A DNA stretch of 64,000 nucleotides from a plasmid, in sequence record NZ_CP083859.1; one strand, 5' to 3'. Numbering within the stretch: position 1 is the stretch's first letter; each line of letters starts with the position of its first letter. The position numbers and the translations under genes were made by a program. A model generated the notes under the pieces. It saw only the letters and a program-made list of their open reading frames with translations. It did not search any database and was not told the origin of the DNA. Below, piece by piece: positions 39,761 through 49,959 of this stretch.

Positions 39761-40873
39761 GTGTCAGAATTGGATATTGCTATTCTCATGATATGTTCGT
39801 TGAAGGAGAACATTTTGAACCTGAGTAAAGATGGATACCCACAGGGTCTGTTAGTACGGGCAGTGTGGGACTGCTGTAATGAGCTTTATCAGAAACTCGG
39901 TCGAGCACCCTCCCGACAGGAATTCAATGATGAAATTGGCAAACGCGAACCCCATCGCATAGGTATTAGCACCCATTCCCGCCAGTGGGGAGAATGGATG
40001 CGTCATCATAATTTTTCAACGTTTGATGTTGATGTGTCTGGTATAATTCCTGAAGAAATGCACTATCCGCAATATCTCCGCGTATGGTATGCCGTGACAC
40101 AACTGAATTCCGCTTCTGCTACAAATATTGTTAAGTGGATCCGTAACAGCAATGCCCCCCTGAAAGAGACCGAGATTCGCATTCAACTGGATGCATTAAC
40201 CGTCAATAGCAACTCCCGGTATCGATATCTTGGTAGCCGAAAAAGCGCTCGGACTGACCTGGGTAGCCCATACGATTTGTTATTTCGTAGTGGAAACCTA
40301 CGAAATACACGGTATGAACTGTATGTGCAGGAGCTGCACGGCATATGGGACATTGGCGATGATGGTAAGACGCCAATTCAGATTGCAGTCCCCAGGCCAG
40401 GCGACAGGATGGTAGTTGAAGCGAGAGATGAATTATTCAATGAATTGCCTGAAGATGAAGGTGACTTTCGCCTTAAAGCCCTACGCGAGGTAATTATTCG
40501 AGAAGGGCAACCAGTATTTAGACGAAAGCTCATTGAAGCTTATGAGGGTAAATGTGCAGTAACGGGCTGTTCAATCTAAGTGTTACTTGAAGCTGCACAT
40601 ATTACCCCCTACGCAGGAGCTTGGCATACCCGTGCTCAGCATGGGCTGTTACTGAAAACAGATATCCATACTCTGTTTGACCGCGGTTTGCTCTGGATTG
40701 ATACCGAGTTGAAAATAAGGATATCAGAACAGTTGGCCGGAACAGAATATACAGAGTTAGATGGCCGAAATCTCAGGTTACCTAAAGATAAGCAAAACTG
40801 GCCGTTAACAACTCATCTGAAAAATCATCGCCAATATTGGATTGAAAATCGTAAAGACGTTGAAAGTGCTTAA
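39761..40873 (+). pseudogene. HNH-nuclease (HNH_2-type) gene with an N-terminal uncharacterised domain, interrupted by an in-frame TAA at 40577-40579
   Basis: ...FRRKLIEAYEGKCAVTGCSI-TAA-VLLEAAHITPYAGAWHTRAQHGLLLKTDIHTLFDRGLLWID: the HNH motif spans the stop codon, and the two ORFs are contiguous in one frame. Confidence 0.6.
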
Positions 40874-40971
40874 CGTTACTACTGTCTGCATCTCGCTCAC
40901 AGCGGAACTTTATCTCTTAAGTCGGTCCGTTTTGAGCCAGAAGCGGACGTGGGAATTTTTGCCGACTTGTA

Positions 40972-41051
40972 AGTTGGACTGACCCCGCCCCGGTAGACGA
41001 TCCTGCCCTATAGTTGGACTGACCCCGCCCCGGTAGACGATCCTGCCCTAT
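40972..41051 (+). repeat. perfect 40-bp tandem duplication containing the IS3-family left inverted repeat plus 8 bp of flank
   Basis: AGTTGGACTGACCCCGCCCCGGTAGACGATCCTGCCCTAT x2 (40972-41011 and 41012-41051). Confidence 0.8.
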
Positions 41052-41073
41052 AGTTTGAGCATAGGAGGAGCGT

Positions 41074-41358
41074 ATGGGCACACCACGATTTACACCTGAA
41101 TTTAAGGAAGAAGCCGTCCGTCAGATAACAGAACGCGGTTATTCCGTTGCCGAAGTATCCGACCGTCTGGGCGTTTCTGCACACAGCCTCTACAAGTGGC
41201 TACGGGCTATCAAACCTGATAACAGCGAACAGCATGCCCGGGATTTACTGGAAGCCAAAAGCGAGATCCTGAAACTCCGGGCGCAGCTAAAACGCACCGA
41301 AGAAGAACGGGATATCCTGAAAAAGGCCGCGCGGTACTTTGCAAGGGAGCCCGACTGA
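41074..41358 (+). CDS. IS3-family OrfA (HTH)
   Basis: MGTPRFTPEFKEEAVRQITERGYSVAEVSDRLGVSAHSLYKWLRA... leucine-zipper C-terminus. Confidence 0.75.
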   Translation: MGTPRFTPEFKEEAVRQITERGYSVAEVSDRLGVSAHSLYKWLRAIKPDNSEQHARDLLEAKSEILKLRAQLKRTEEERDILKKAARYFAREPD

Positions 41359-41396
41359 AGTACCGCTTTATCAATGAACACCGCACTGTATGGGGT

Positions 41397-42209
41397 GTGA
41401 TGACGATGTGTCGGGTACTGAATGTCGCCCGGGCCGGGTTCTATGCGTGGCTGCACAACCCGGTCTCGGCGCGTGATAAAGATAACCAGCGTCTGCTGAT
41501 GCTTATCCGCGACTCATATTCACTGAGCGGAGGCGTATACGGTTACCGGCGGGTTCATGGCGACCTGAACGAAATCGGGGAAACCTGCGGCAAAAACCGG
41601 GTGGGTCGTATTATGCAACAAAACCGGATCAAAGCCGTACGCGGCTATAAAGCGCCGCGTCGTATCGCCGGCCGGCCTTCAGTGGTTGCCCCTAATCGCG
41701 TGCAACGGCAGTTTACTGTTGTCCGGGCCAATCAGGTCTGGGTCACAGATATTACTTATATCCGCACCTGGCAGGGCTGGCTGTATCTGGCGGTGGTTAT
41801 CGATCTCTTCGCCCGTAATGTGGTCGGCTGGTCGATGAAGCCCACTCTCTCACGCGAACTGGCACTCGACGCGCTGATGATGGCCGTCTGGCGGCGAAAA
41901 CCGGACGGCGAGGTCATCGTGCACTCAGACCAGGGCAGCCAGTACGGCAGTGACGACTGGCAGCGCTTCTGCCGGGCTAATAACCTGGCCCCGAGCATGA
42001 GCAGGCGTGGCAACTGCTGGGATAATGCGGTGGCCGAATCGTTCTTCAGTTCGCTGAAAAAAGAGCGGATCAGAAAACGCATCTATAAAACCCGGGATCT
42101 GGCCCGGGCCGATATCTTCGATTACATTGAAGTGTTCTACAACCGGGCCCGGCGCCACAGTCACCTCGGCGGCCTCAGTCCGGAGGCCTTCGAACAGGCC
42201 TCATCGTGA
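41397..42209 (+). CDS. IS3-family OrfB (DDE integrase core)
   Basis: ...WVTDITYIRTWQGWLYLAVVIDLFARNVVGW...HSDQGSQYGS...NCWDNAVAESFFSSLK... Confidence 0.75.
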   Translation: MMTMCRVLNVARAGFYAWLHNPVSARDKDNQRLLMLIRDSYSLSGGVYGYRRVHGDLNEIGETCGKNRVGRIMQQNRIKAVRGYKAPRRIAGRPSVVAPNRVQRQFTVVRANQVWVTDITYIRTWQGWLYLAVVIDLFARNVVGWSMKPTLSRELALDALMMAVWRRKPDGEVIVHSDQGSQYGSDDWQRFCRANNLAPSMSRRGNCWDNAVAESFFSSLKKERIRKRIYKTRDLARADIFDYIEVFYNRARRHSHLGGLSPEAFEQASS

Positions 42210-42239
42210 GGACAGAATTTGTCTACGGGCGTGGGGTCA

Positions 42240-43603
42240 GTCCAGAAAACAAAGAATCAATACTTCTTTTAGAAAAAATAAATGAAAATAACTCCAATAT
42301 TCTCAGCAAAGAAATACTACCCTATATTATTGAATTTGCGCAGGGTTTTCCTTGGCTTTTAAAAAGAACGATAGCTCATGTTTTAAAACTCACTCGAAAA
42401 GGTGACTCTCAGAGGGACTTAATCAGTGCGGGCTTAAAACTGAACGACCTTTTTGAAGAAGAGCTTGAAGGTTTGGATGAAATTGAAAAAGATTATCTAG
42501 TTAAGATTGCAGCCAAGCTACCAGCAGATTTCAATGAACTTCAATACCAATTTGACGAAGACCCAATGCTTGTAAAAGTCCTCGATAAGTTAACAGCTTA
42601 CAGATTGGTACGCTTGAGTGGTTCTACTTATGATACTTATAACGATGTTTTCAAAGAATATCTTGTATACCAAAAGCTTCCCGAGTTTAGACTGCTAGTT
42701 ATTTATAGAATGTATCCAAGTTCTGTTATATCTCAGTTTCATAAACTGATAACAATGAGAAAGCTGACAATTACAAAAATAACAGAAAACCTAAATGTAA
42801 GGGAAGGTTACGCATTTAATCTCGTGAAGGAATTGCGGAATTTAGACTTGCTTGATGCAGTTAAAAGTGGTGAATGGATAATTCCAACAAATGTAAGAGA
42901 TATATATTCTCAAGGTACTCTTGCTGGTTATCTACGCCGAAAGATTTTAGACAATCAACTCGTCGAGACTTTACTTAAAAAAAATCTTTCTGGAGAAAAA
43001 ATTTTCGAGAGCGATATACCCACGTATTTTTCCGAATCTTATCCTTTTATTGAGGCATCAGAGAAAACATGGGGATTATACTCTACGATTTTAAAGTCAT
43101 GGTTGCTTGCCCTAAAAATTATAGAAATTGATGGAGAAGGTCGCATTATTGCCTCAGATGTGTCGCATAATGATGCAACAGCTGAGTTAGGAAATCTTAA
43201 GAAAATTTCGGGCTTAAGGGCAGGAAATAAAGGGCTTTTCTTCCCTGTAACATCTCACGCCAAAATGATTGAAGTTACCAGTTTGATACTGAACGGTGAA
43301 GAGCCTACTGGAAAAGAAGCGCTTAAAGCAAAATCTGATTTAAATAATGCTGGTGTTTTAGTCGGTGGACATTTAGCAGTATCTAATATTGAAGAGCTTA
43401 ATGAGGCACTTACAGCTCAAATACTTGATGACGGGTATGAGGATTTCTGGAAAGCAATACATGCTGATCAGCCCTGTTATGAAATTTTTAAAGGTATTGC
43501 AGGGGAAGGATTAACTGAGTCCACCCTTAAATGTCGCTTAAGAAAGTTAACAGCTTTAGCAAAAAAACTGAAAATCATACCAAACAAAAGATTCAAATAT
43601 TAA
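42240..43603 (+). pseudogene. N-terminally truncated AT-rich gene (AAA+-lid-like segment and wHTH-like repeats), 5' end replaced by the IS3-family right end
   Basis: The ORF 42206-43603 reads through the IS right end; the first native residues (…ENKESILLLEKINENNSNILSKEILPYIIEFAQGFPWLLKRTIAHVL…) resemble an AAA+ lid; no P-loop remains. Confidence 0.4.
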
Positions 43604-43787
43604 TTACTGTCATAACGTTAAAAAGTAGCGGATGCATTCCTCCGCTACTTAACTTACACTCAAGGAGCGATTATATTGAATATTTTCAAAGCCTGTGGGG
43701 GCATCAATGTCCGCTCTTCGCTCATAACGGACTGCGCTCACTTATTGCAGTGAGCGTTACCTTGTGTTTAATGCCAGCCTGGTATAG

Positions 43788-44783
43788 TCAGGTTGACAGT
43801 ACCGGTTTCAGGCTTTCGTCATTAAAAACGGTTCCGGTCTTCAGGACGCCATAACACCAGTGCACCAGTTTCCGCATCAGCGCGCCAATGGCCACCATTT
43901 TAGGTTTACCCCGCAGGCACATCTCATCGTAAATATTACGCATTCGCTTATTGTAGATTTTTCCGCACAGGGCGGACATGTAAAGCTTCGCTCTCAACTG
44001 AGGGGGGCCGATTTTCGACATCCGCGGTCGGCGCCGGACCGATGTGCCTGAGCGTTTCTCGATCGGCACCACGCCCAGAAAGGCGGCAGCCTGCTCAGCC
44101 GATACAAAGTTATGGCTGCGAAGCACGACCAGCATATGCATCCCCTGCTGGGGACCAACCGATTTAATTGAGCTCAGCAGTGTATAATCACGCCTCAGTG
44201 CAGGGCTGGCTTTGATATGTGCTTTTATCTGCCGCTCGATATTACTTACCTCCTCGCGCAGAAGCTGCGCCATACGCCTGCAGGAACTGATAATATCTGC
44301 AGGTGTGTCTGTCGACAGGTATTTTTCCAGCCTGTTCTCCTCACGCAGGGCATCACCCAGCAGAACATCCCGCCGTCGCAGGAGTGCACCGAGATATCTG
44401 ATTTCGGGTGCCGGCGGCTCCCAGCGGTGTGGCTTCTTAAGGAATGCGTAACAGGCCAGCATATACGCATCCACCTTATCCGTTTTTGTCATGATTCCCA
44501 TGCCACGCGCAAACTCCCGACTACGGTGAGGGTTGGCCAGAGAAACCCGGAAACCGGCATCATGTAACTCAGTGGCCAGCTGTTCGTGATAAACACCGGT
44601 AGCTTCCATTACCACATGAACATCTTCCGGACCGCAGTGCTGAAGCCTGAGCCAGCGAAGAATATTTTCAACTGAATGTCTGTTATTCTGGATGTTACGG
44701 GTTTTTATGCGTCCTTTGATACCGTCATAAAGCATGCAAAGATCCAGGGTGTTTTTACTTACGTCAATGCCGACTGGAAACAT
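43788..44783 (-). mobile_element. IS110-family transposase gene (DEDD)
   Basis: MFPVGIDVSKNTLDLCML...VVMEATGVYHEQLA...DKVDAYMLA... are IS110/IS1111 N-terminal motifs. Confidence 0.8.
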
Positions 44784-45013
44784 GGTCAAACTCCTCTCAC
44801 ATAAACCGTCACGCCTGTTCGCCTTGTACATACGGAGTCGAGCTCCCGGTAACCGTTCAACCTGATGTGCTGGCGTGAAAGGAGAAGCGGAGGGCCATAT
44901 GCTGCAAATCAAGGTTCAGTGGTGCAGACTTTTCTGACCTTAAGGGAAGGGGGCGGCTCACTCTGCTTCAGTGGTGGTAGCTAATCACCACAAACTGTTA
45001 GATACAAGCCACC

Positions 45014-45403
45014 GTGGCGGATGTCACCCAGGTCGACAAACTGCTGCACGGCGACGAGAACGTCGTCTGCGCCGATGACGGCTACACAGGCGTCGAAAAG
45101 CGCTCCGAGCATGCCGACCGAGAAGTGATCTGGCAGGTCGCAGCACGCCGCAGCACCTACAAGATGCTCGATAAACGCAGCGCCCTGTACAAAGCCAAGC
45201 GCAAGATCGAGAAGGCCAAGGAGCAAGTGCGAGCGAAGGTAGAGCCCCCGTTTCGCGTGATCAAGCGGCAGTTCGGCTACACCAAGGTACGTTTCCGAGG
45301 GCTGGTGAAGAACACTGCACAACTGGTGACGCTGTTTGCCCTGTCGAACCTATGGATGGCCCGCCGACATTTGCTGGCAAGCGCAGGAGAGGTGCGCCTG
45401 TAA
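45014..45403 (+). mobile_element. 3' fragment of an IS5-family transposase gene
   Basis: ...FRVIKRQFGYTKVRFRGLVKNTAQLVTLFALSNLWMARRHLL is a typical IS5-family C-terminus; the N-terminus is absent. Confidence 0.55.
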
Positions 45404-45627
45404 TGCGGAAAATGGCCGTCGCAAGGTGCTCGCGACGGCTGAAAGCACCGAAATGAGCGAGTGATCCGATCGTTTTTGATCGGTTCACCGCTTTCAAAAT
45501 CAGCAGTGGCTGAAGTCAGCCGGAAATACAGGGCTACTTCAGACCATCCCTAGCTAGGGCTCGTAGTTCGGCGCAAGGCTGAAGTCGCTTGGCTGCTTCG
45601 CTGTGCAGATCCATGACCCACTTTCCA

Positions 45628-46803
45628 TCAAACTCCCGGTTGTAGTTCCACAAGCATCTCGCGAGTCTTGCCGGCCCGCTCCACTAACAAGACCACAACA
45701 TCTCCAACGTTCTTGTCGTCTAGCCGGGCCTGTAATGTGGTGACGTCGTCAACGGCGATACCGTCGATGCTGATAACGCGATCGCCGGGCACGATGCCGC
45801 CTGCGGTGACCTCGACGCCGACGAGCCCGGCCCTGTGCGCCGCCGAGCCCGGCGTCACGCGCAATACGAATACGCCCTTACTGCCGGTCAGCGCCTGCAG
45901 ACGCGTGTTAAGCTGCTCATCCACCTCGATGCCCAGCGCCGGACGGATGTACTTGCCGGTCTTTATGAGTTGCGGCACCACGCGCATGACGGTATCGACC
46001 GGCACCGCAAAGCCTATGCCGGCCGAGGCGCCAGACGGACTGTAGATGGCGGTATTGATGCCGATCAGCCGCCCAGCCGAATCGAGCAGCGGGCCACCGG
46101 AATTGCCGGGGTTGATGGCGGCGTCGGTCTGGATCAGGTGATCGATGGCCGGGCCGCCCGCTTCTCCCGGCAACGAGCGGTCGAGCGCGGAGACGATACC
46201 AGTGGTGAGCGTCCAGTCCAGGCCGAAGGGGTTGCCGATAGCAAACACCTTCTGACCCACCTTGAGGTCGGCACTGGTGCCGACCGGCACGGCCGGCGGG
46301 CGCTTGAAACCGACGCCGATCTTGAGCACGGCGATGTCGTGCGCGGGGCTCGTCCCCACCAGCGCGGCCTGGTAGTCGCGGCCGTCGGCCAGTTTGACGG
46401 TGGCTTCGGACGCGCCCTGGATGACGTGGAAGTTGGTGACGACGTGGCCGGCGTCGTCCCAGATGAAGCCCGAGCCAGTGCCGCGCGGCACGGAGAACAC
46501 GTTGCGCGTCCAGACATCGCGTACTAATTGCGCGGTGGTGATATAGACCACCGAGGCGCGCGATTTTTCGAACAGTTCGATGGTGGTTTTCTCGTCCGCC
46601 GCCAGATCGCCACGCGCCATCACGGTGCGTTCTGCTGCCTCGCGCGGACTGAACCAGGCCTCGATGGCGGGCAGAAACTGCCACAGCAGCATGAGCGCGG
46701 CAATACAGGCGGTGATGAAGAGCCAGCGCCGGACGAAGCGGTCCGGCGCGGGGCGTTGGTACGGGTCGAGATAGGCCATGAGACGTCTCCTGTTGATGGG
46801 CAA
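45628..46803 (-). CDS. degP: DegP/HtrA-family periplasmic serine protease with PDZ domain (LHR/tLST island)
   Basis: Catalytic triad regions ...GTGSGFIWDDAGHVVTNFHVI..., ...DIAVLKI..., ...GNSGGPLLD... Confidence 0.8.
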   Translation of the reverse strand: MPINRRRLMAYLDPYQRPAPDRFVRRWLFITACIAALMLLWQFLPAIEAWFSPREAAERTVMARGDLAADEKTTIELFEKSRASVVYITTAQLVRDVWTRNVFSVPRGTGSGFIWDDAGHVVTNFHVIQGASEATVKLADGRDYQAALVGTSPAHDIAVLKIGVGFKRPPAVPVGTSADLKVGQKVFAIGNPFGLDWTLTTGIVSALDRSLPGEAGGPAIDHLIQTDAAINPGNSGGPLLDSAGRLIGINTAIYSPSGASAGIGFAVPVDTVMRVVPQLIKTGKYIRPALGIEVDEQLNTRLQALTGSKGVFVLRVTPGSAAHRAGLVGVEVTAGGIVPGDRVISIDGIAVDDVTTLQARLDDKNVGDVVVLLVERAGKTREMLVELQPGV

Positions 46804-47826
46804 TCAGCGCCACAGCCCGCTCGGGCGCCAGCGCGGTGGGCGCGTCGCCAAAGCGGATTCCGGCAAAAAATGGGGCGCGCGGAGTGGCAACGCTGATGCT
46901 GGCCCAGGCGCCAACGTCAGCAGGTGTGCGATGCGCTCTTGCGTTGCCGGACGCGTGCGCAAGCAGGAGGGCTCGGGATTGCCCCATCCCGGCCATAGCC
47001 AGGCACGCCAGGAGCGGCTGACCCGCTCGATTTTCGCCAGCGCGGACGCCAGCCCCTGCGGGTCGCCAGTCAGTTCCGCCGCAAGGCGGTCAGCGTCGAA
47101 CTCACGCACGCGAGACAAGCCGAGCTGTGCGAGCAGGGCCAGTTGGGGCGATGCGGCCAATAACAATAGACCAGGCCAATAGACCTCCGCCGCGCCAACC
47201 AGCAGCGCGGGCAGGCTGAGCAGGATCGCGATCTGTCCCATAAGGGCCAGTAGGCACGTGAGGCGACTGACGGAATCCGCCAGCCCCATGACACGCAGAT
47301 CCTCATTAGCGATGTGCGCGACCTCGCGCGCGAACACACCCGCCAGCTCGCGTGGGCTCAGGCTGCGCAGCAGGCCATCGGTGAGGGCGATCGATGCCTC
47401 CTGCTTCGATCCGGTGGCGAAGGCGTTGACGACGGCACTGGGCACATAGTGCGGCACCGGCGTGGCGGGCAAACCGGCACGGGCGGGCAGCTCGCGCAAC
47501 AGGGCCCACATCTCGTGGGCTTGTTGCGGGTGCAAGGCCCGTACGCGGTACAGGCGCAAGCTCAGCGCCGACGCGGCTACCGGTTCCAGCAGCAACGCAC
47601 CTGCAACGGCAAACAGCGCGAGCCACAGGCAGCCTTCCCCAAATGGCAGTCTCCCTGCTGCGGCTGCGATCCCGACCAGGGTCAGGACCAACAGCCCGGT
47701 CTGCAGGCGGTTGAGCCAGCGGTGTTGCAAGAGCGCAGTGCGCGGATCACTCGGATGATGACGGGTCATGCTCAGAGGTCTCGGCGGCGCGGTCGCCGCG
47801 CTTGCGCAGCAGCCAGTAGGTCGCAC
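46804..47826 (-). CDS. M48-family (HtpX-like) membrane zinc metalloprotease; expected HEXXH reads REVAH
   Basis: ...SLSPRELAGVFAREVAHIANEDL... aligns with HtpX ...GVLAHELSHIKNGD; codon 167 is CGC (Arg) at 47326-47328. Confidence 0.65.
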   Translation of the reverse strand: MRPTGCCASAATAPPRPLSMTRHHPSDPRTALLQHRWLNRLQTGLLVLTLVGIAAAAGRLPFGEGCLWLALFAVAGALLLEPVAASALSLRLYRVRALHPQQAHEMWALLRELPARAGLPATPVPHYVPSAVVNAFATGSKQEASIALTDGLLRSLSPRELAGVFAREVAHIANEDLRVMGLADSVSRLTCLLALMGQIAILLSLPALLVGAAEVYWPGLLLLAASPQLALLAQLGLSRVREFDADRLAAELTGDPQGLASALAKIERVSRSWRAWLWPGWGNPEPSCLRTRPATQERIAHLLTLAPGPASALPLRAPHFLPESALATRPPRWRPSGLWR

Positions 47827-48244
47827 CCAGAGCCAGCGTGGCGCCTGCCAGCGCGGCTATCTTTGCGGGGCTCGCGTCGGAGTCGAGGATGACGAACTTG
47901 CGGGAGAGTGCGATCACCGCGATCAGGACCACCGTCTTAACCTGGATGATGCTGTCCCGACGCAGCGCCACGCGCACGATGGAATGCTTGAACTCCATCG
48001 CGATCAAGAGCGTCATGATCATGCCGAACACGCTCTGGAATACCTTGTGGTCCAGGGGATTGAAGGCATCGAGAACCAGCAGCGTGAAGACGATGGAGAT
48101 GAGCTGGAACAGCGACACCATGATGATGACGGCGATCACCGCCGACAGCACGAGCGCGACGACCTGCTCGAAGCGCTCGTAAAAACTCATGATGGCCAAT
48201 TGGTCACGCAAGACCTGAAATGGGTTAAGGCGTTTTGATTTCAT
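47747..48244 (-). CDS. psiE: PsiE-family membrane protein (phosphate-starvation-inducible E-like)
   Basis: 165 aa, four TM helices; position between kefB and the M48 peptidase as in LHR islands. Confidence 0.55.
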   Translation of the reverse strand: MKSKRLNPFQVLRDQLAIMSFYERFEQVVALVLSAVIAVIIMVSLFQLISIVFTLLVLDAFNPLDHKVFQSVFGMIMTLLIAMEFKHSIVRVALRRDSIIQVKTVVLIAVIALSRKFVILDSDASPAKIAALAGATLALGATYWLLRKRGDRAAETSEHDPSSSE

Positions 48245-48246
48245 GA

Positions 48247-49956
48247 CTATGAACTCCCTGGAAAACGGCTGCTGTCGAGACGGCGGCGCATTGCGCTGAT
48301 GTGTCCTTCAATCAACTCGGTCGACATGCCAAGCGTCGACATCACCTGTTCCGCCAGCCCAATAGCTGCGGCAAAGGATTGCTGATACACGCGCACGTTA
48401 GGCATGGCGCGAAATGCATCGGCCGCGGTCGTACTTCTGCATGACACCCACAAGGTTAGCGCCGGACGGCGCTCGGCAATCGCCTGGGCGATGCGCAACG
48501 CTTGCTGGGCATGGGCGAACGTTAGCACCACCAAGTGCGCATGCGTCAAGCCGGCAGCCAGCAAGGTATCGGGCCGACTGGCATCGCCATGGAACACCGG
48601 CGCGCCGGCGGCACGCGCGGCCTCTACCTTCTGCGCGTCCGCCTCCAGCAGCAGATGCGCCACGCCGGCGTGGCGAAGAATCTCGCTGACTGTCAGGCCA
48701 AGCTCGCCCGCGCCGCAAACGATGACATGGTCTCGATATCGCGTCGTCTGCGCGGCGATCTCGACTTCTTCAGCCTGGGGTGGCTGAATGACGCCGCCGG
48801 TGCGGCTCAAGAACCGGGCAAGTACATCGTGATGGCGGATCAGTAGCGGTGCCAGGGCCATGCTGAGCACCAGCGCGACCAGCATGGGTTGGACGACGGT
48901 CGCGGGGATCAGATGCTGCTGCAAGACCGTGCCCAACAACAGCAGGGCGAACTCGCCGCCGTGCCCCAACGCTATGCCCGTGCGCCAGGCATCGAGGGCG
49001 GACAGGCGCGTCGCCCGCAAGGCCAGCGTATTGAGCAGGATCTTGACCGGTACCAGCACCACCAGCCACGCCAGCACCGCCAGCGGTGCCGAAAGAATCT
49101 GTGCTGCGTCCAGTTGCAGGCCGATGGTCACGAAGAACACGCCCGACAACACATCGCGAAACGGCCTGAGGTGGCTTTCCATGTGGTGCCGGAAGTCGCT
49201 CTCGCCCAGCACCATCCCGGCGAGGAAGGCCCCCAGGGCGGCGGATACGCCGACCGCGTGCGCAGCAGCGGCGGCAGCCACCACCACGCACAAGGAGACG
49301 AGCACGAACGATTCCTCGTGGCCCCGCCGCGCCACCCAGCCCAGCAGGCCATGCAACAGACGGCGCGAGACGAGGGCCGCTGCCGCGAACAGCAGCAGCA
49401 CACCGAATACTTCGAGCAGCACATGCTCGATCTTCGGCGACTCGCCGCGCGCCCAGATCGCCAGCAAGGCCAGCAGGGGCACGCTGGCCAGGTCCTGAAA
49501 GACCAGCACGGCGATGGCACTGCGTCCGTGGCGGGTGGTGAGCTCGCCTTGGTCGGCCAGTTGTCGGCTGACCAGCGCCGTGGACGACATGGCCGCCGCA
49601 GTGCCGAGCAGCGCGGCGCTCTGGCCGGGCTGCCCCAGCCACATCAATAGCAGGATCAGCGGCGGGGCCACGGCGATCATCTGCAGAGCGCCCGCCATCA
49701 GCACCGTCCTGCGGGCGAGCCAGAAGTCTCCGAGGGAGAATTCCAGTCCGACCATGAACAACAGCAGCGCCACGCCCAGCTCGGACAGAAAGCTCAGCGT
49801 CTCCCCCGGCGCGATCACGCCGATGACTGAGGGGCCCAGTACAACGCCGACAGAGAGATACCCCAGCAAGGCGGGCACTCTGAACGCCGCCGTGGCCATC
49901 GCCGCCAGGCTGCAAGCCGCCAGCAGGATTAGCGTAGTGCCGAGCAAGCCCTGCAT
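48247..49956 (-). CDS. kefB: CPA2-family K+/H+ antiporter (KefB/KefC-like) with C-terminal RCK/TrkA-N domain
   Basis: 569 aa polytopic; C-terminal Rossmann HVIVCGAGELGLTV... Confidence 0.8.
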   Translation of the reverse strand: MQGLLGTTLILLAACSLAAMATAAFRVPALLGYLSVGVVLGPSVIGVIAPGETLSFLSELGVALLLFMVGLEFSLGDFWLARRTVLMAGALQMIAVAPPLILLLMWLGQPGQSAALLGTAAAMSSTALVSRQLADQGELTTRHGRSAIAVLVFQDLASVPLLALLAIWARGESPKIEHVLLEVFGVLLLFAAAALVSRRLLHGLLGWVARRGHEESFVLVSLCVVVAAAAAAHAVGVSAALGAFLAGMVLGESDFRHHMESHLRPFRDVLSGVFFVTIGLQLDAAQILSAPLAVLAWLVVLVPVKILLNTLALRATRLSALDAWRTGIALGHGGEFALLLLGTVLQQHLIPATVVQPMLVALVLSMALAPLLIRHHDVLARFLSRTGGVIQPPQAEEVEIAAQTTRYRDHVIVCGAGELGLTVSEILRHAGVAHLLLEADAQKVEAARAAGAPVFHGDASRPDTLLAAGLTHAHLVVLTFAHAQQALRIAQAIAERRPALTLWVSCRSTTAADAFRAMPNVRVYQQSFAAAIGLAEQVMSTLGMSTELIEGHISAMRRRLDSSRFPGSS

Positions 49957-49959
49957 CGG

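Larger units (their letters stand above)
41020..42239 (+). mobile_element. IS3-family element, IS407 group by size (about 1.22 kb), TGA...TCA ends, orfA + orfB
   Basis: IRL TGACCCCGCCCCGGTAGACGATCC...; right end ...GTCTACGGGCGTGGGGTCA (imperfect IR); orfA 41074-41358 and orfB 41397-42209 inside. Confidence 0.7.

Noticed and set aside
40972-41051. Possible CRISPR-like repeat
   Set aside because: There are only two identical 40-bp units in direct tandem with no spacer between them. The unit is the inverted-repeat end of the adjacent IS3-family element.
45917-46996. 359-aa Arg/Gly/Pro-rich minus-strand ORF and many other 100-380-aa ORFs across 45.6-59.7 kb (e.g. 48770-49915, 45835-46527, 57120-58586)
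   Set aside because: The heat-resistance island is about 65% GC, which gives long stop-free alternative frames. These ORFs overlap the homologous degP, kefB and clpK frames and have low-complexity R/G/A/P composition.
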